NCBI GenBank assembly: GCA_965219955.1
Contig: OZ244799.1
Location: forward strand, 1,472,001-1,536,000
DNA length: 64,000 nt
Direction of reading: 5' to 3'
Source of the DNA: a bacterium
GTDB taxonomy: Bacteria; UBA8248
In this document: one piece after another, positions 60,648 to 64,000 of the stretch
Layout of the letters: every line of letters begins with the position of its first letter
Position numbering within the stretch: the stretch's first letter is position 1
Position numbers and translations under genes: made by a program
The notes under the pieces: generated by a model
Told to the model about the DNA's origin: nothing
The model's database searches: none
The model's input: the letters and a program-made list of their open reading frames with translations, nothing else

Positions 60648-60752
60648 TTTCGCGTCATCGATTCACGAGGCGGGCGAGGTTTCCGGCGTCATTCGGCTCA
60701 TCAATGAAACATCCAGGATGCGCGCCACCCCGCCGAAACGGCGAAAAGCGTC

Positions 60753-62987
60753 CTACTCCGTGGGGATTTGCGGAACCTTCCCCTTGAGCGGGGCCACCTC
60801 GGGCGCAATGCGGTTGACGGAGAGGATGAATTTCTCGTCGCGAACCCTCTTGACGACGTCGTTGAGCTGGGCCAGGTCGTGCACCTGCACGTCCAGGCGA
60901 ATCTCCGCCTTGTCCTGAGCGGCCTCGGCCGCCACGCGGGAGATGTTCGCCTCACAACTCGCGATGGCGGCGCTCAGGCTCGCGAGAACACCCGGCCTGT
61001 CGCGCGCTTCGACCACGAGCGTCACCATGTGCATCTGGTCTTTGTCGACATCGCCCCAGGCAACCTCCACCAGGCGTTCCTCGTCGTCCATCAACGACTT
61101 GATGTTGGGACAACTCTCGTTGTGCACCGTCACGCCGCGTCCGCGCGTGATGAAACCCACGATCCCGTCGCCCGGAATCGGCTGGCAGCATTTTCCGTAG
61201 CGGATCAGGACGTCGTCCTGACCCTTGACGAGGATGCCCGCCCTGTTCTTGTGGCGGCTCACGCGATTCACGAGACGCCTGAGACGGGATTTCTCCCGTT
61301 TTTCCCTCTCCCGCACGAGTTGTTCGGGCAGCAATTTGTGCACCACCTGCCGCGCGGATACGCGCCCGAAACCTATTGAAATCAACAAATCTTTATCGCT
61401 TTGAGCCTCGAAGGACCGCGCGACCCCCTTCAATTCCTTCGGCTTCATGTATGAGGCGACCTCTTCTTTCGCCACACACCGTTCCAGTTCATTTTCGAGC
61501 AACTCGTGGCCGAGCGTGAGGGAGCGCTCCTTTTGCTCCTGCCTGATCCAGTTTCTGATTTTTTGTTTCGCCCGGGCGGTGACGACGAACTTCAGCCAGT
61601 CCGCACTTGGCTTGCGGTGCGGGTTCGTGATGATCTCGACGATGTCGCCATTCTCGAGCATCGTGCTCAGCGGCGTAATTTTTCCGTTGACCTTCGCACC
61701 CACGCTGTGGCTGCCCACCTCCGTGTGGATGGAAAAAGCGAAATCCACCGGCGTCGCCCCGCGCGGAAGGCTCTTCACCTCGCCCCTGGGCGTAAAGACG
61801 AACACCTCGTCCTGAAACAGATTGACCTTGACGGAATCAACCAGGTTCCTGGGGTCGGATTCCTCGTTCAGGCTCTCCACGATTCTCCTGATCCACTCGA
61901 ACTTGTCGGCCATACCGTCGTCGGCCTCGTCGCCCTCCTTGTACTTCCAGTGCGCGGCGATGCCCTCCTCCGCCACGCGGTGCATCTCCCTGGTGCGGAT
62001 CTGGAATTCCACCCTCTGGCCCTGCGGCCCCACGATGGTCGTGTGGAGAGACTGATACAGATTCGCCTTAGGCAAAGCGATGTAATCCTTGAAGCGTCCG
62101 GGAATGGGAGTCCACGTGGAGTGCAGGACCCCCAATACGGCATAACAATCCTGCACGGAATCCACGATGATTCTCACGCCGCAAATGTCATACACCTGAT
62201 GGAAATCCAGGTTTTGCGTCTGCATCTTCTCGTAAATGCTCGAATGGAGCTTGAACCTGGCGGACGCGGCGCCGTCGATGCCCTCCATCTCGAGAATCTC
62301 CTTCAATCGCTCCATCACGAGATCCATATACGCCTCGCGGTCTTTGAGACCGTCGCGGAGCTTCTCGTCGATTTCCAGGAATTCCCTGGGATGCAGGTGC
62401 TTGAACGCCACGTCCTCGAGCGCCCCCTTGAGCCACCCGATGCCGATGCGATTGGCGAGCGGGGCATATATTTCAGCCGTCTCCCTCGCAATGCGAACCC
62501 TGCTTTTCTGGGGAAGATGCTGGAGCGTCAGCGCGTTGTGGAGCCTGTCCGCGAGCTTGATGATGATGACGCGAATGTCTCTCGCCATGGCGATCAGCAT
62601 CTTGCGGTAGCTTTCCGCCTGGCGAACCTGGGTGTTCGAAACATCGATCTTCGCGAGCTTCGTGACGCCGTCCACGAGCTCGGAGACGTCTTTCCCGAAA
62701 TGCTCGCCAATCTCTTTGAGCGTCGTGGCGGTGTCCTCCACGGTGTCGTGGAGAAGCCCCGCGCATACGGTTTCGGGGTCCTGGCGCAACTCCGCGAGAA
62801 GCCGGGCCACTTCCAATGGATGGGAGATGTAGGGCTCGCCGGAAATGCGGGATTGGCCCTTATGGACCTTCGCGGTGAAGATGTAGGCCTTGGTGAGCAG
62901 ATCAGAGCAGTCCGGCGAGTATTCCTCGACCAGATCGACGATGTCCATGATCCGGGCCGGCGGGCGCGACGTCAAAACTGGAGGCAA
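60753..62987 (-). CDS. Bifunctional (p)ppGpp synthetase/hydrolase (Rel/SpoT type)
   Basis: HD domain LLHDTVED, KLADRLHN, RFKDYI, YQSLHT, EFQIRT, TGS, CC and ACT domains. Confidence 0.96.
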   Translation of the reverse strand: MPPVLTSRPPARIMDIVDLVEEYSPDCSDLLTKAYIFTAKVHKGQSRISGEPYISHPLEVARLLAELRQDPETVCAGLLHDTVEDTATTLKEIGEHFGKDVSELVDGVTKLAKIDVSNTQVRQAESYRKMLIAMARDIRVIIIKLADRLHNALTLQHLPQKSRVRIARETAEIYAPLANRIGIGWLKGALEDVAFKHLHPREFLEIDEKLRDGLKDREAYMDLVMERLKEILEMEGIDGAASARFKLHSSIYEKMQTQNLDFHQVYDICGVRIIVDSVQDCYAVLGVLHSTWTPIPGRFKDYIALPKANLYQSLHTTIVGPQGQRVEFQIRTREMHRVAEEGIAAHWKYKEGDEADDGMADKFEWIRRIVESLNEESDPRNLVDSVKVNLFQDEVFVFTPRGEVKSLPRGATPVDFAFSIHTEVGSHSVGAKVNGKITPLSTMLENGDIVEIITNPHRKPSADWLKFVVTARAKQKIRNWIRQEQKERSLTLGHELLENELERCVAKEEVASYMKPKELKGVARSFEAQSDKDLLISIGFGRVSARQVVHKLLPEQLVREREKREKSRLRRLVNRVSRHKNRAGILVKGQDDVLIRYGKCCQPIPGDGIVGFITRGRGVTVHNESCPNIKSLMDDEERLVEVAWGDVDKDQMHMVTLVVEARDRPGVLASLSAAIASCEANISRVAAEAAQDKAEIRLDVQVHDLAQLNDVVKRVRDEKFILSVNRIAPEVAPLKGKVPQIPTE

Positions 62988-63120
62988 CGAATTTCCCCCT
63001 CTTTCGACCTGCTCGGACTGCTGACAAAAAAGAGCAAAATCAGGCTCTTTCGATCAAATATAGAGCCTCGATGAATGAAAACGCTACCTGAGCCTCCATA
63101 CAGCGTCAAGGAGATGGCAC

Positions 63121-63148
63121 AAAAAAACTCCCCCGTGTCCGGGGGAGT
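63121..63148 (-). terminator. Rho-independent terminator after the ferredoxin
   Basis: Minus strand ACTCCCCCG...CGGGGGAGT followed by a T tract. Confidence 0.75.
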
Positions 63149-63169
63149 CCTCATATGATATGTCTCGTC

Positions 63170-63649
63170 TTAATAGGCGCGAAGCGGCGAGGTGACGAAC
63201 TCGTGCATGAACGGCGTCATGTATTCAGACTCGTCATCGTGCTTGGGCACGATGATCGCCCCCTTGTTGCAAATCTCCTCGCACAGACGGCAGCCGACGC
63301 ACGTGGACTGATCCACCACGGCCACCGCGCTGTGGTCGCGCTCCACCGAGGAGGGCGCCATGCGGATGCAGTCGAACGGGCAAACGTCCACGCACCAGAT
63401 GCAGCCCGTGCAGTTCTCCTCCAGCACGAACGCCTTGGGCATTTCCTTGTGCTTGATGTTCTTGATGATGTCGCCCGTATCGTCCTGAATGGAGTAGGCC
63501 GGGCAATACTTGCCGCACACGCCGCAGTCGATGCAGAGCGTGGGATCGATTTTGTAGATTTCGCGCGGCTCGCCCGTGATGGCTTTCGTGGGGCAGACGG
63601 GCTCGCACACGGAACACCCGATGCAAGCGTCGAAGATGAAATGCGGCAT
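63170..63649 (-). CDS. Polyferredoxin with four [4Fe-4S] motifs
   Basis: CIGCSVCEPVCP, CIDCGVCGKYCP, CTGCIWCVDVCP, CVGCRLCEEIC. Confidence 0.9.
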   Translation of the reverse strand: MPHFIFDACIGCSVCEPVCPTKAITGEPREIYKIDPTLCIDCGVCGKYCPAYSIQDDTGDIIKNIKHKEMPKAFVLEENCTGCIWCVDVCPFDCIRMAPSSVERDHSAVAVVDQSTCVGCRLCEEICNKGAIIVPKHDDESEYMTPFMHEFVTSPLRAY

Positions 63650-63891
63650 ATCTGCGCCTCTCGGATAATTCGATTCACAAAGGGCGACGCGCCGGATCTC
63701 CTCAGCACCTCCGGCGACATACTCTCGATATCAAAGGTATATCCATTCCGCGCGCCGGTTGTCAAGGCGTTTCGCCGGTGAAACAGCCGATATGCGGGAG
63801 CAAAACCCCTGATTCTCTTGCCCTCGGCCCGGATTTGCGTCAGAATAGCTGTGTTTCGTTTTACCGCCAATTCGAGAGAAAAGGATTCGAG

Positions 63892-64000
63892 ATGGAAAAT
63901 TTCCTGCTCATTCTGACGAAGCCCGACAACATCCCCATCGCGTTCATGATTCCCCTGGTGGCGTTTTTCGTCTGGCTGGCTATTTCTCAAGGTCTCAGGC
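63892..64000 (+). CDS. Partial membrane protein (MENFLLILTKPDNIPIAFMIPLVAFFVWLAISQGLR...), probably cytochrome b/b6 subunit IV-like
   Basis: Translated by hand; KPDNIPI + TM helix recalled from cytochrome bc subunit-IV-like proteins; runs off the window end. Confidence 0.5.
   Translation, partial: MENFLLILTKPDNIPIAFMIPLVAFFVWLAISQGLR

Overview
GC-rich bacterial chromosomal window with about 60 protein-coding genes; no rRNA, tRNA, CRISPR array or transposase was recognised. Main blocks: (i) ABC ATPase + CapA-like metallophosphoesterase, cupin, leuB/tartrate-DH-family and Ldh_2 oxidoreductases; (ii) a complete cytochrome c maturation operon (ccmE-F-two extra ORFs-ccmA-B-C-D-H-two TlpA/ResA) with an unusual Cys-type CcmE; (iii) ilvC and a fatty-acid desaturase with a long amphipathic tail; (iv) a ~17 kb catabolic region (hydrolase, SDRs, triple-RidA protein, Liv-type ABC transporter, old yellow enzyme, atypical Zn-ADH, two Ldh_2 enzymes, split UxaA/SuyAB-like dehydratase, IMPase); (v) DUF3090/SCO1664 pair and a small Flp-pilin-like ORF missed by the ORF track; (vi) tetR-htrA-copA-copZ with a promoter/operator palindrome; (vii) a peptide ABC importer + deacetylase divergent from an uncharacterised operon of two ATP-grasp-like proteins, a DUF1611-like P-loop protein and an MFS-HEAT-cNMP fusion (best candidate for an undescribed system); (viii) an octaheme cytochrome c, nfi, rel, a 4x[4Fe-4S] ferredoxin and the start of a cytochrome b-like gene. 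Two intergenic loci (4.96-5.45 kb and 59.2-59.9 kb) hold the same nested REP/MITE composite, with a core flipped relative to its arms and a hairpin pair showing compensatory base changes. All family assignments come from motifs recognised by eye, not database searches.
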